Shown here one piece after another: positions 48,049-61,289 of a stretch of 64,000 nucleotides of DNA (its first letter is position 1; each line of letters opens with the position of its first letter). Below the pieces are notes generated by a model, which worked only from the letters and a program-made list of their open reading frames with translations, had not been told where the DNA came from and did no database searches. The stretch is from assembly GCF_009914755.1 (NCBI RefSeq), contig NC_060935.1; one strand, given 5' to 3'. The position numbers were made by a program, and so were the translations under genes. Source of the stretch: the human T2T-CHM13v2.0 reference genome, Homo sapiens.

Positions 48049-50321
48049 TTTTTTTTTTTTTTTTTATTGTTCATTCTTGGGTGTTTCTCGCAGAGGGGGA
48101 TTTGGCAGGGTCATAGGACAATAGTGGAGGGAAGGTCAGCAGATAAACAAGTGAACAAAGGTCTCTGGTTTTCCTAGGCAGAGGACCCTGCAGCCTTCCG
48201 CAGTGTTTGTGTCCCTGGGTACTTGAGATTAGGGAGTGGTGATGACTCTTAACGAGCATGCTGCCTTCAAGCATCTGTTTAACAAAGCACATCTTGCACC
48301 GCCCTTAATACATTTAACCCTGAGTGGACACAGCACATGTTTCAGAGAGCACAGGGTTGGGGGTAAGGTCACAGATCAACAGGATAAGAATTTTTCTTAG
48401 TACAGAGCAAAATGAAAAGTCTCCCATGTCTACCTCTCTCTACACAGACACGGCAACCATCCGATTTCTCAATCTTTTCCCCACCTTTCCCCCCTTTCTA
48501 CTCCACAAAACCGCCATTGTCATCATGGCCCGTTCTCAATGAGCTGCTGGGTACACCTCCCAGACGGGGTGGTGGCCGGGCAGACGGGCTCCTCACTTCC
48601 CAGTAGGGGCGGCTGGGCAGAGGCGCCCCTCACCTCCCGGACGGGTCGGCTGGCCAGGCGGGGGGCTGATCCCCCCACCTCCCTCCCGGACGGGGCGGCT
48701 GGCCGGGCGGAGGGCTGACCCCCCCACCTCCCTCCCGGATGGGGCGGCTGGCCGGGTGGGGGGCTGACCCCCCCACCTCCTTCCCGGATGAGGCAGCTGG
48801 CTGGGCAGAGGGGCTCCTCACTTCCCAGTAGGGGCGGCCGGGCAGAGGCGCCCCTCACCTCCCGGAAGGGTCGGCTAGCTGGGCGGGGGGCTGACCCCCC
48901 CACCTCCCTCCCGGATGGGGCTGCTGGCCGGGCGGGGGGCTGATCCCCCCACCTCCCTCCCAGATGGGGCGGCTGGCCGGGCGGGGGGCTGACCGCCCCA
49001 CCTCCTTCCCGGACGAGGCGGCTGGCTGGGCAGAGGGGCTCCTCACTTCCCAGTAGGGGCGGCCGGGCAGAGGCGCCCCTCACCTCCCGGACGGGTCGGC
49101 TGGCCGGGCGGGGGGCTGACCCCGCCACCTCCCTCCCGGACGGGTTGGCTGGCCGGGCGGGGGGCTGACCCCCCCACCTCCCTCCCAGGCGGGGCGGCTG
49201 GCCGGGAGAGGGGCTCCTCACTTCCCAGTAGGGGCGGCCGGGCAGAGGCGCCCCTCACCTCCCGGATGGGGCGGCTGGCCGGGCGGGGGGCTGACCCCCC
49301 CCCACCTCCCTCCCGGACGGGGCGGCTGGCCGGGCAGAGGGGCTCCTCACTTCCCAGTAGGGGTGGCGGGGCAGAGACGCCCCTCACCTCCCGGACGGGG
49401 TGGCTGCCGGGCAGAGACGCTCCTCACTTCCCAGACGGGGTGGCTGCCGGGCGGAGGGGCTCCTCACTTCTCAGACGGGGCGGTTGCCAGGCGGAGGGTC
49501 TCCTCTCAGACGGGGCGGCCGGGCAGAGACGCTCCTCACCTCCCAGACGGGGTCGCAGCCGGGTAGAGGCGCTCCTCACATCCCAGCCGGGGCGGCAGGG
49601 CAGAGGCGCTCCCCCCATCTCAGACGATGGGAGGCCGGGCAGAGACGCTCCTCACTTCCTAGATGGGATGGCGGCCGGGAAGAGGCGCTCCTCACTTCCT
49701 AGATGGTATGGCGCCGGGCAGAGACGCTCCTCACTTTCCAGACTGGGCAGCCAAGCAGAGGGGCTCCTCACGTCCCAGACGATGGGCGGCCAGGCAGAGA
49801 CGCTCCTCACTTCCCAGATGGGGTGGCGGCCGGGCAGAGGCTGCAATCTCGGTACTTTGGGAGGCCAAGGCAGGCGGCTGGGAGGTGGAGGTTGTAGCGA
49901 GCTGAGATCACGCCACTGCACTCCAGCCTGGGCACCATTGAGCACTGAGTGAACCAGACTCCGTCTGCAATCCCGGCACCTCGGGAGGCCAAGGCTGGTG
50001 GATCACTCGCGGTTAGGAGCTGGAGACCAGCCTGGCCAACACAGCGAAACCTCGTCTCCACCAAAAAAATACGAAAACCAGTCAGGCGTGGCGGCGCGCG
50101 CCTGCAATCGCAGGCACTCGGCAGGCTGAGGCAGGAGAATCAGGCAGGGAGGTTGGAGTGAGCCGAGATGGCAGCAGTACAGTCCAGCTTCGGCTCGGCA
50201 TCAGAGGGAGACCGTGGAAAGAGAGGGAGAGGGAGACCGTGGGGAGAGGGAGAGGGAAGAGGGGAGAGGAAGAGGGGAGAGGGGAGAGGGGAGAGGGAGG
50301 GGGAGAGGAAGAGGGAGAGGC
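48049..50321 (-). mobile_element. Full-length SVA retrotransposon (hominid-specific)
   Basis: PolyT 48049-48065, SINE-R ~48066-48545, GC-rich VNTR ~48546-49835, Alu-like region ~49840-50205, (CCCTCT)n-type hexamers ~50220-50320. Confidence 0.97.
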
Positions 50322-52484
50322 GAAGCCTAGTTTCTTAACAGCAGCTTGTTTCTAAGGTGTGGTATTGGCGGTACTGGCAATGCATGATTGCCCTTTGTCT
50401 GGTGGGACAGGCAGCTGGACAAGTATCTGGACTTGAGTCTGGCTCTGACTGCTCTGCCTCTTGTCCATGCCTTATCCCCTCTCTGAGCTTCAGTTTCTTT
50501 CTATGTACAAATTTGGGGTTAAATTACATAACTTCTGAGATCTCTGAATACTATAGTACCATGGTAAATTATGAGGAGAAGTGCCAGGATGCAGGCAGAA
50601 CCCTGGATGGAAAGACATTTCCATGAGACAAGAAGATTAAAAGGAGTCACCTTAGAATGCAGATCATTTCTAGGCAAGCTCCCTGTTCAGGATCAGTAGA
50701 GAAAATATTTTATCTCTGTGAAAGGGAATGATTAATGTGCCCCAGGGTGCTGATTTTCTCAGGGACTGTGAGTTAGCACCAGAAACCTGGGTAGCTGCGT
50801 CAGACTCTCCAGACTGTGCTTTAAACAGGAGGGAGACAGCAGCTATTGGATCTCTGTCAATCTGTGTGACTTTCCTAAGCTTTCAGCCTTGTCTGGAAAG
50901 GTGGGGACTTCCTTCTCATCCACTATTCTAGGGCAGAGCACCTTATCTTACATTCAAGAACCTTACAGTAGATGGGCATGTTCATTGAGGTGTGTGTATA
51001 TAGTAAGTGCTCAAGTTTTAAAAGCTCTCTTGTGAACAGCAAGGTGGTTTTTAAGGAACCAACAATAACCCAAACAGAGAACTTTTCTGTCGAATTTATT
51101 CCTCACCAGGGGTACCTGGAAAAGTAGCGTTGACTCTCCAGGACTGAAGCCAGATAGGAAAGGTGTTTACCTCAGGACAGATGCCAATAAAGAAAGAGGG
51201 TTAATGATGCTGATTATCGCAACTACTCTTTTTTATCTCATTTGATACACAAAACTACCCTATGGGGTAGATATTATTAAGCTCATTAAGAAACAGAGGC
51301 TTTGGAGGTTAAGATGCTTATCCAAGGTGACAGCTTGTGAGTGGAATTTAAGTGCTCGTCTGATTACCCCAAAGCTCTCCTACTCTTTCCATTCTGCTAC
51401 ACTGCTTATCCTATAAAACCATTTCCAAGAGAGGGGCTGAGGATCACATTGGAGAAGTCATGTTTGTCTGGAGAGTTGACCTTGGACCTCAAAAGATAAG
51501 ATACAAGCAGAAAGAATAGAGAAGTAAGGAGCAAAGGTGGGAATAAGCTGAGGGAGTCCAGGACTTTAGCTGTAAATAGGGCCAGGAAACCCAGAACTCT
51601 GATAAAAGACCATGTAAAGGGCTTATCACCTTCCTGGTGCTGCTTGCTCAAGATGTAATAGTGTTTCTGGGTTCAAGGTAAGCTATTGCTTTTTGGCTCT
51701 AGATGAAGCTGCAACTTCCTTTGCGTTAATTCACCCTGGTTAGCTATGGCTTCATTTTAGCCCCAAGGTGCATGTATCTCTTCTTTAGCCGTGGCTTTCC
51801 TCCCTCGGACTCTTCCTGTCCTCATCCTTCATCTGATCATCAAGATGAAATATAATCCTCCTGGAGAGTATGAGTGCATGCCTTCTTGAGATGTGTATAG
51901 GTTAATCACAAGAGACAGTCATTTCATCTCTCCTGGGCAGAGTTGACCTAGTTGGATAGACTCTCTCAGCCTGGTTTTCCACAGTTCATGATGCAAGGGT
52001 CAGGGATAAGTTTTGACATGAGAAAGCTCTGATTCAGAGAAAAGAATGCACAAGTGTATAACCTATTCATCATTTCATCCACAATAATAATTGTATTCCT
52101 ATGTACGTGATACCGTGCTACTCCCTAAGATGGGTGGGGATAGGTAGAAAAAAGAACACAAAAAAGTAGAAGACTAGTCCATGCCAAGGAGAACTTTTCT
52201 ACCTAATTGAATATTTCGGTATAAGAAGAATGGGGAGCATATGTGAGGTTGAGATGATCAAATTTAATGGCTGAAGTGCTCGTTCATTTGAAATATCTTT
52301 ATTAGATGTCTCTTATATGCCAAGTACTTTGCAAGGCACAAGGTAAGCCAAACAGTTATTCCCCAAAAGAAGCTTAGTTCTAGAAGGAGACGTTTACAAA
52401 CAAGTGAAAAGGTCATTGCAAACCTTTATTGGGTGTTTGCTAAGTGATGAGCACTATACTGGACTTTGCCTTATAAGTTTTCCC

Positions 52485-55400
52485 TTTGATGTGTTTATTG
52501 ATATACAATATTATACACATTTATGGTGTACATGTGAGTATTTGTTACAGAATGTGTAATCAAGTCAGGGTATTGGGGTTATTCATCACTCTAAGCATTT
52601 ATTATTTCTATTTGTTGAGAATATTTCAAGTCCTCTCATCAAGCTACTTTGAAACATGCAATACATTGTTGCTGATAACAGTCACCCTAATCTACTACTG
52701 AACATTGGAACTTCTATCTTAAAATTCTTTAATTTTTAATTTTTGTGGGTACATAAGAGATGTGTATATTTATGGGGTACATGAGATATTTTGATAGAGG
52801 CATACCATGCATAGTAATCACATCAGGGTAAATGGGGTATCCATCCCCTCAAACATTTATCCTTTGTATTACAAACAATCCAATTGTATTCTTTAGGTAT
52901 TTAAAAATATATAACAAATTATTTTACACTGCAGTTACCCTGTTGTGCTATCAAATACTACATCTTATCCATTATATCAAACTATATATTTGTATCCATT
53001 TACCATCCCCACTTCTCCCAACCACCACTGCCCTTCCCAGCCTCTAGTAACCATCATTCTACTCTCTATCACCATGAGTTCAATTGTTTTAATTTTTTTT
53101 TTAGCTCCCACAAATAAGTGAGAACTTGCAAAGTTTCTGTGCCTGGCTTATTTTGCTTAATGTAATGATCTCCAGTTCTATCTGTGTTGTTCCCAGTGAC
53201 AGGATCTCATTCTTTTTATGGCTGAATACACTCCATTGTGTAGATGTATCACATTTTCTTTATATATTTGTCTATTGATGGACACTTAGGTTGCTTCCAA
53301 ATCTTGGCCATTGTGAATAGTGCTGGAGCAAACATGGGTGTGCAGATCTCTCTTTGATACACTGATTTCCTTTCTTTGGGATGTATACCTAGCAGTGGGA
53401 TGGTGGATCATTTGTAGTTCTATTTTTAGTGTTTTGAGGAACCTCTAAACTGCTCTCCATGGTAGTTGTAATAATTCACAGCCCCACCGGCTGTGTACAA
53501 GTGTTGCCTTTCCTCTGCATCCTCACCAGCATTTGTTATTGCCTGTCTTTTGGATATAAGTCATTTTAACTGGGGTGAAACAATATCTCATTATAGTTAT
53601 TGCATTTATCTGATGATCAGTGATGTTGAACACCTTTTCATATACCTGTTTGCCATTTGCATGTCTTTTGAGAGATGTCTATTCACATCTTTCGCCCATT
53701 TTTAATCAGATTAGATTTTTCCCCAAGAATGTATATCTTCTATCTCTATCTAACCATATGTTTGTACCCATTAACTAACCTCTCTTCATCTCTCACTCCC
53801 ACCCACACATCCTTTCCAGCCTCTGCTATCATTTTACTCTGTACCTCCATGAGATCAACTTTTTAGCTCCCACATATGAGTGAGACTATATGATGTTTGT
53901 CTTTCTGTGCCTGGCTCATTTCATCTGACATAATGACCTCTAGTTTCATCCATGTTACACAACTAACAGGATTTCATCCTTTTCTATAGCTTAAAAGTAT
54001 TCCATTGTGTATGAATGCCACATTTACTTTATCCATTCATCTGTAGATGGACTCCATATCTTTCCTTTTGTGAATAGTGCTGCAATAAACATGTGAGTAC
54101 AGGTATCCCTTTGAAGTACTGATTTATTTTCCTTTGGGTAAATACCTAGTAGTGGGATTACTGGATCATACGGTAGCTCCATTTTTAGTGTTTTGAGAAA
54201 TCTCCGTACTGTTTTTCACAGTGGCTATACTAATTTGCATTCTCAACAATAGTGTATAAGTTCCCTTTTATCTGCATCCTTTCCAGTGTCTGTTGTTTCT
54301 CGTTTTTTTTTTTTTCATATAATAACCACTTTAACTGGGGTAAGATGGTATCTCACTGTGGTTTTGATTCGCATTTACCTGATGATTAGTAATGGTAATC
54401 ATTTTTTAATATACCTCTTGGCCATTTCTATGTCTACTTTTGAGAAATGTCTATTCATGTCCTTTGCTCATGTCTAAATGGGATTATTTCATTTTTTAAT
54501 TGAGTTTTTTGTATGTTTTGGATATTAATTCCTTGCTGAATGAATAGTTTGCAAATATTTTTTCCGATTCAACAGATTGTGTCTTCACTGTGTTGTTTCC
54601 TTTGCTGTGCAGAAGCTTTGTAGTTTAATGTTGTTCCATTTGTCTATTTTTGTTTTTGTCTGTGCTTTTGAGGTCTTAGCCATAAATCTTTACCTAGACC
54701 AATGTCCTGAAGTGTTTTCCCTATGTTTTCTTCTAGTGGTTTTATGATTTGGGGACTTACATTTAAGTCTTTAATTCCTCTTTTGTTGATTTTTGTATGT
54801 GGTAAGAGATAGGGATCTAGTTTCATTCCTTTGCATACGGATATTTATTTTTCCCAGCACCATTTATTGAAGAGGGTATTCTTTCCCCAATGTATGTTCT
54901 TGGTGCCTTTGCTGAAAATCAAAGTAAACATGTAAATATGTAGATACGTAGATTTATTTCAAGAATCTCTATTCTGCTCTATGTTTCTGTTTTATACCAA
55001 TATCACACTGTTTTGGTTACTATAGCCTTGTAATATATTTTGAAGTCAGGCAGTTTGATACCTCCAGCTTTGTTCTTCCTCCTCGAGATTGCTTTGGCCA
55101 TTTAGACTCTTTTTTGGTTCCACATGAATTTAGGATTCTTAAAAATAAGTCTCTGAAAAATGATATTGGTATTTTGATAGGGATGGCATTGAATCTGTAG
55201 ATTGCTTTGGGCAGAATGGTCATCATTTTAGCTATATTAATTCTGCTCATTGAGCATGAGATTTCTTTCCATTTGTTTGTGTCCTTTTCAATTTCTCTTA
55301 TCAGCAATCTGTAGTTTGTCTTGTAGAGATCTTTCACCTCCTTGGTTAACTTTATTCTCAGGTATTTTAATTGTTTGGTAGCTACTGTAAGTGGGGTTGC

Positions 55401-58400
55401 CTTCTTGATTTCTTTCTCAGCTAGTTCATTATTGGTGTATAGAAATGTCGATTTTTCTATGTTGATTTCATATCCTGCAACTTTACTGAATTTATCAGAT
55501 TTAAAAAAACTTTTTTTTTGGTGAAGTCTTTAGGTTGTTCTAAATGTAAGATCATATTATCAGCAAAGAGGGACAATTTGACCTCCTCTTTTCCAATTTG
55601 GATACATTTTAGTTCTTTTGCCTGATTGCTCCGGCTAGGACTTCAGTACTAACTTGAATAGGAGTGGTGAAAGTGGGCATTTTTATCTTTTTCCAGTTCT
55701 TAGAGGCTTTTAGCTTTTCCCCATTCATTATGATGTTAGCTGCGATTTTGTTGTGTATGGCTTTTATTATGTTGAGGTACATTCCTTCTATGCCTAGTTT
55801 GTTAAGAGTTGTTTCTTTTTTTAAGAATGAAGGGATTTTGAATTTTATCAAATGCTTTTTCTGCATCTGTTGAGATGATCATATGGTTTTTGTTCTTCAC
55901 TCTGTCCTTGTGATATGTGATGTTTATTGATTTGCATATTTTAAATCATCCCTGCATCCCTGGGATAAATCCCTCTCGATTGCTTTATATTATTTTTTGA
56001 TGTGCTGTTGAATTCAGTTTGCTAATATTTTGTTGAGGATATTTACATCTATATTCATCAGGAAGATTGGCCTGCAGTTTTTTCTTTCTTTCTTGTGTCT
56101 TTGTCTGGTTTTGGTATCAGGGTAATGCTGGTAGAATGAGTTAGAATTCCCTCCTTTTAGATTTTTTGGAATAGTTTGAGGAGAACTGGTGTTAGTTCTT
56201 CCTTGACAGTGTGGTAGAATTTGGCAGTGAAGCCATCTGGTCCTGGACTTTTCTTTGTTGGAGACTTTTTTATTACTGCTTTAATCTCATTACTTGTTAT
56301 TGGTCTGTTCAGGTTTTCTGTTTCTTCCTGATTCAATATTGGTAGATTGTGTATGCGCGGAATTTTTTCCATTTCCTCTTGGTTTTCCTGTTTGTTAGTG
56401 TATAGTTATTCAAAATAGTTTCCAATGATCTTTCGTATTTCTATGATATCAGTTGTAATGTCTCCTTTTTCATTTCGGATTTTGTTTCTGTAGTTATTCT
56501 CTGTTTTTCTTGATTAGTCTAGCAAGTGGTTTATCAATTTTGTTCATCTTTTCAATTTTTCATCTCATTGATCCTTTGTAGTTTTTTAATTGATCATCTG
56601 TAATTTTTTAAAAGTCTCTGTTTTGTTTAGTTCTGCTCCGATCTTTACTATTTATTTTGTTTTGCTAATTGTTGGTTTAGTTTGTTCTTACTTTTCTAGT
56701 TCCTTGAGGTGCACCAGATTGTTTATTTGAAATCTTTCTCCTTTTTTGATGTAAGCCCTTATTGCTATAATATTTCCTCTTAGCACTGTTTTTGCTATAT
56801 CTTATAGGTTCTGGTATGTTATGTTTTGATATTCATTTCTTTCAAACATTTTTTGATTTACTCTTTAATTTCTTCCTTGTTCTAATGGTCATTCAGTAGC
56901 ATGTTGTTCAATTTCCATGTATGTGTACAGTTTCCAAAGTTTCTCTTGTTAATGATTTCTAGTTTTATCTATTGTGGTCTGAGGAGGTATTTGAATATGA
57001 TTTTGATATTAAAAATTTGTTCAGACTTATTTTGTGTCCTATCGTATGGTCTGTCCTGGAGAATGTTTCATGTGCTGATGAGAAGAATCTTTATTCTGTA
57101 GCTGTTAGATGAAATATTCTGTATATGTTTGTTAGGTCCATTTGGTCTAAAGTGCAGTTTAAATCCAATGTTTCCTTCTTATTTTTATTTTTTACTTGTG
57201 CTTAATACAACGTAACCAATATTTCTTTGTTAAATTTCTGTCTACATGATCTGTTTAATGCTGAGAATGAGGTGTTAAGTCTTGAAATGTTACTGTATTG
57301 GAGTCTATTTCTCTCTTTAAATCAAATAATATTTGCTTTATACGTATGGGTGCTCCCATGCTGGGTGCATAAATAAGTCTATGTTTAAAATTATTATATC
57401 ATCTTCCTTAATTGATCCCTTTATTATTATATAATCACTTCTGTGTCTCTTTGTCATGTTTTTATCTTAAAGTCTGTTTTATCTGATATAAGTATAGCTA
57501 CTCCCTCTTGCTTTTGGTCCGTTTGCATGGAATGTCTTTTTCCATCTCTTTACTTTGTCTATATGTGTCTTTAAAAGTGAGATGAGTTTCTTGTAACCAG
57601 TAAATCATTGGGCCATTTTTTTAAACAAAATTCATTCACCCAGTCTGTATCTTTTAAGTGAAAAGTTTAATCCATTTGCATTTAAGGTTATTATTGATAG
57701 GTGCCTTCTGGGACTCCAGAAATTCTAATATTTGGTCACGTTATGGTGTCCCATATGTTATTTAGGCTTTGATCATTTTTTTTCTTTATTTTTATCTGAC
57801 CGTGTTACTGCAAAAGACCTGTTTTCAAGTTCTGAGATCTTTTCTTCTTCTTGTTCTAGTCTATTGTTGAAGTTTTCAAATGTTGAAATTTAAAAAAACC
57901 AATGTTTTGAATTATTTTTCTAGGATTTTGTAAATTTCTTTTTCATTGATATCTATTGCTGAAGAATTATTGTGTTCCTTTGGAGGGGTCATATTTTCTT
58001 ATTTTTTCATATTTCTTGTGTTTTTACATCGATGTCTGCACATCTGGTGTAACAGTTGCTTCTTCCAATTTTTTGAATTTACTTTTGTAGGGGAAGACTT
58101 TTTCCTGAAGATGTTTCTATGGTATTGTTTAGATAGGGCACTTTGGCTTTGATACTGAATGCACATAGTAGTCTAGTCTTTGTATGATTTCTTTAGCTGT
58201 AAATAGTGTCAGTGGTATCTGTGATTTCCTTGGTAACTTAGGGTGTGATTATTAGTGGAGGCTATGATGAAGTTTTGCTGAGGACTGGAACAATGGGAAG
58301 GCCAGTCTTTGGGCCCCAGTGGTGGCAGTAGTAGGCTGAGCATTCTCGTCCTTGGGCCTCCTGAGCGGCATATGCTGGCACTGGTGTTAGCAGGTCTAAG

Positions 58401-59440
58401 TGGGCTGATTCTTGGGCATCCAAGTGGCTTGCTCAGATGCTGATAGTGTCAGCAGTGAGTTGGGTGAGTGGATGGGTTCCTGGGCTCCTGGGCAACAGGT
58501 GTGGTGTGAGTGATGGCACTGGCAGTGGCAAGATAACCATCTGTGTCTCGAGTGATGTGTGCTGGTGATAGCAGTGGCTGTGATGGGCTGGACAGGCCAC
58601 TCTGCAGGCCTGCAAGTGGTGTATGCAAGTAGGTGCCAGCTGTGGTGGTAGCAGCAGGGTGGGTGGACCCAACTTCAGGCCCCCAGCAGGAGTGCTCAGG
58701 TGCCATTGGTGATGGACTGGGTGATCCCCAGGTCCCTAGACTACATGCTCTGGCATGAGTGGGTGGATGTGGGCAAAGCCAGGCTGGGCAGGTGGGGGAC
58801 TGTCTCTGGGTACACTAAAATGTGTAATGGCTCCACTATTGGAGGCCGTAGAGTGACTGCCTGTGGCCTGCACCTTGGCCCAGGTGGCAGCAGCCAGCCA
58901 TGGCAGTGATGCAGGTGGGGAATGTCAGTGGAGCTCCAGGAATGTGGTGATGCAGGTGCTGTTGAGCCTCAGGGCAGTGTGTGGTCTGTTGGTGGTTGGG
59001 CTCTCAAAATGGCACCATGTTATAGCTGTTTATGACTCAAGGTGTGTGGGGGGCTAAGCATGAGCTCCCACTCTGGAGCAGTGCCTTTGTGTGCTCCCCA
59101 GGCAGCTCTCTATGTCAGTTTCAGGCCCACAAAGGTTAAGAGCTTCTCCTGTGACTAGGATTGTGGTAGTCCACAGTGGAAATGTGGACCACTGCGGTGG
59201 TCTCTCAGTTACCCTTTCCCCACACTGGGGAGTCTCTCCAGGCTTCCAGCCAGTCTTGCCTGAGCAGGCTACCTCACTTCCCTTTCTGCCTTGCTTTAGG
59301 TATTTCCTGTCACGTCTCAATTGAATTCCAGTTTTCTCTCTTGGACAATCTATTTGAAGTGTGATTATCTACTCACTATTTTGGTTCTTTCTGAGGAGGC
59401 TGAGTACAATATGCCTCAAGTCAGCTGTCTTGAAGCCCCT
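52485..59440 (-). mobile_element. Old L1MA-type element from 3'UTR to 5'UTR with internal deletion around ORF1
   Basis: Minus-strand ORF2 fragments ([14 protein letters not shown]; [15 protein letters not shown]), GC-richer 5'UTR ~58200-59440; degenerate TSD gg(a/g)ctttg(c/t)ctt. Confidence 0.85.
52728..53725 (-). mobile_element. Second, younger L1MA 3' fragment nested in the 3'UTR of the above
   Basis: New T-rich L1 3' terminus at 52728; host resumes at ~53745; cttctatct repeated at both junctions. Confidence 0.75.
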
Positions 59441-60221
59441 CTTGGGCTTTGTCTTTTGAACTGAGGGTAAAAAGATGAATAAAGACAAAAACATAATCCT
59501 TTAACAAGATCATATATTAATAGTGATGACAACCATGTAAATATATTTTAATGTCCATATGAAATGTGATCAATAGAAGTGTAAGCCAAATACTAAAGAA
59601 ACTCAGAAAAAAGAGAATGTAAGTCTGTATTGTAGGAAGTGTGTGTGGAAGGTGGGAAAGGCCAGGGAAGAAGGAAAATTTGGAATGTGATGATGGAAGA
59701 ATGAACATTTTCCATATAAGCAAGACATTACTAGTAGAGGGAGCAGCACTTGAATTGTCACAGGGCGTTTGGAGCCTGCAAGTAGCTGTCTAGGTTTGGG
59801 GTAAACAAGATGCAGTGGTGAGAGATGAAGCTGGATAAGTGATCAGGGGCAAGATCAAGAAAAGCCTTGTGGGCCATACCTTATGGAAGTTAAATTTTAT
59901 TTAGTAAACAATGGAGGATAACTGAAGCATTTTCAGAGAGAAATGAATTTAATGGTTTTGAAATTTAACAGGAGGGTGAGACTCGAGGCAGGAAGAACTG
60001 TTAGGGGGCTATTTTAACAATTCAGGTAAGAGACAATGGTTTGTCAGTAGGCATGGGGAAGAAAAGGAAGGAATCAAGTCTAGAAATATTTGGGAATTCA
60101 TATTTTCAGTACTTGGGTATGCAGGGTGAGGGAGGAGAAAGGATCTAGAAGATTCTATGTATTTTACTTGGGCATTTGGGTACACGGTACTGCCATTTAC
60201 TGAGATTTGGAAAATGGAAAA

Positions 60222-60633
60222 TGTGATGGTTAATTTCATGTATCAACTTGGCTAGGCTATCATATCCAGTTGTTTGGTCAAACACCCATCTGGATGTTGC
60301 TGTGAAGGTATTTTTTAGATGTGATTAATATTTAAATCAGTAGACTGTGAGTAAAACAGATTACCCTCCATAATGGGAGTGGGCCTCATCTAATCAGTTG
60401 CAGGCCTTAAGAGAAGACAGAGGTCCCACAAGGCAGAAGAAATTCTGCCCCCACACTGCCTTCAGATTCAAGATTATGAAATCAACTCTTCCTTCAGTCT
60501 CCAGCCTGCTGGCCTGTCTTGGACATATCAGACCTGCCACTTCCCACAATTATGTGAGCCAGTTCCTTAAAATGAATCTCTCTATGTACACATCCTATTG
60601 GTTCTGTTTCTCTGGAGAATCTTGACTAATGCA
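60222..60633 (+). mobile_element. MLT2 (ERVL) LTR
   Basis: tgtgatggttaatttcatgtatcaacttggctagg...cctattggttctgtttctctggagaatcttgactaatgca. Confidence 0.88.
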
Positions 60634-60768
60634 GGAGGATTTCTTTTTGTTCAGGTTTGTAGTTGACAATTGCTTTGCTAAACACAAATGTGCCCGAAGG
60701 ACATTATGTTAAGTGAAGTAAATCAAGTGCGGAAAGATAAATGCCACATCTTCTCCTTCATATGTGGG

Positions 60769-61139
60769 TGATAGGGTTTGGCTTGTCCCCACTCAAATCT
60801 CATCTTGAAGTATAATCCCCATGATCCCCACGTGTCAAGGAAGGGACCCAGTGTGAGGTGACTGGATCATGGGGGCAGTTTCCCCCCGCTGTTCTCATGA
60901 TAGTGAGTTCTTATGAGATCTGATGGTTTTATAAATGGTTGACAGTTCTTCCTTCACATGCCCTGTCTCTCTCTCCTGCTGCCTTGTGAAGAAGGTTCCT
61001 CCTTCCCCTTCCGCCATGATTGTAAGTTTCCTGAGGCTTCCCCAGCCATGTGGACGTGTGAGTCAATTAAACCTCTTTCCTTTATAAATTACCCAGTTTC
61101 AGGAAGTTCTTTATAGCAGTGTGAAAATGGACTAATACA
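60769..61139 (+). mobile_element. THE1 (MaLR) solo LTR
   Basis: tgatagggtttggct...caaatctcatcttgaa...gcagtgtgaaaatggactaataca; 5-bp TSD gtggg. Confidence 0.92.
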
Positions 61140-61289
61140 GTGGGAGAAAAAAAAAAAAAAAAAAAAAAAAAGAGGGAGAGACACCCCGTAGAAGTAAAGA
61201 GTAGAATTGTGGTTGTGAGAGCATAAGAAGTGTTGGGGGAAGAAGGATGAGTAAAGGTAGGTTAATGGATACAAAAAGTAGAGCTAGAG

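Noticed and set aside
48546-49835. CRISPR-like repeat array
   Set aside because: Tandem VNTR units with no unique spacers, in a eukaryotic context.
48523-49952. 228-232 aa Pro/Gly/Arg-rich repetitive ORFs
   Set aside because: Translation of the SVA VNTR, not a gene.
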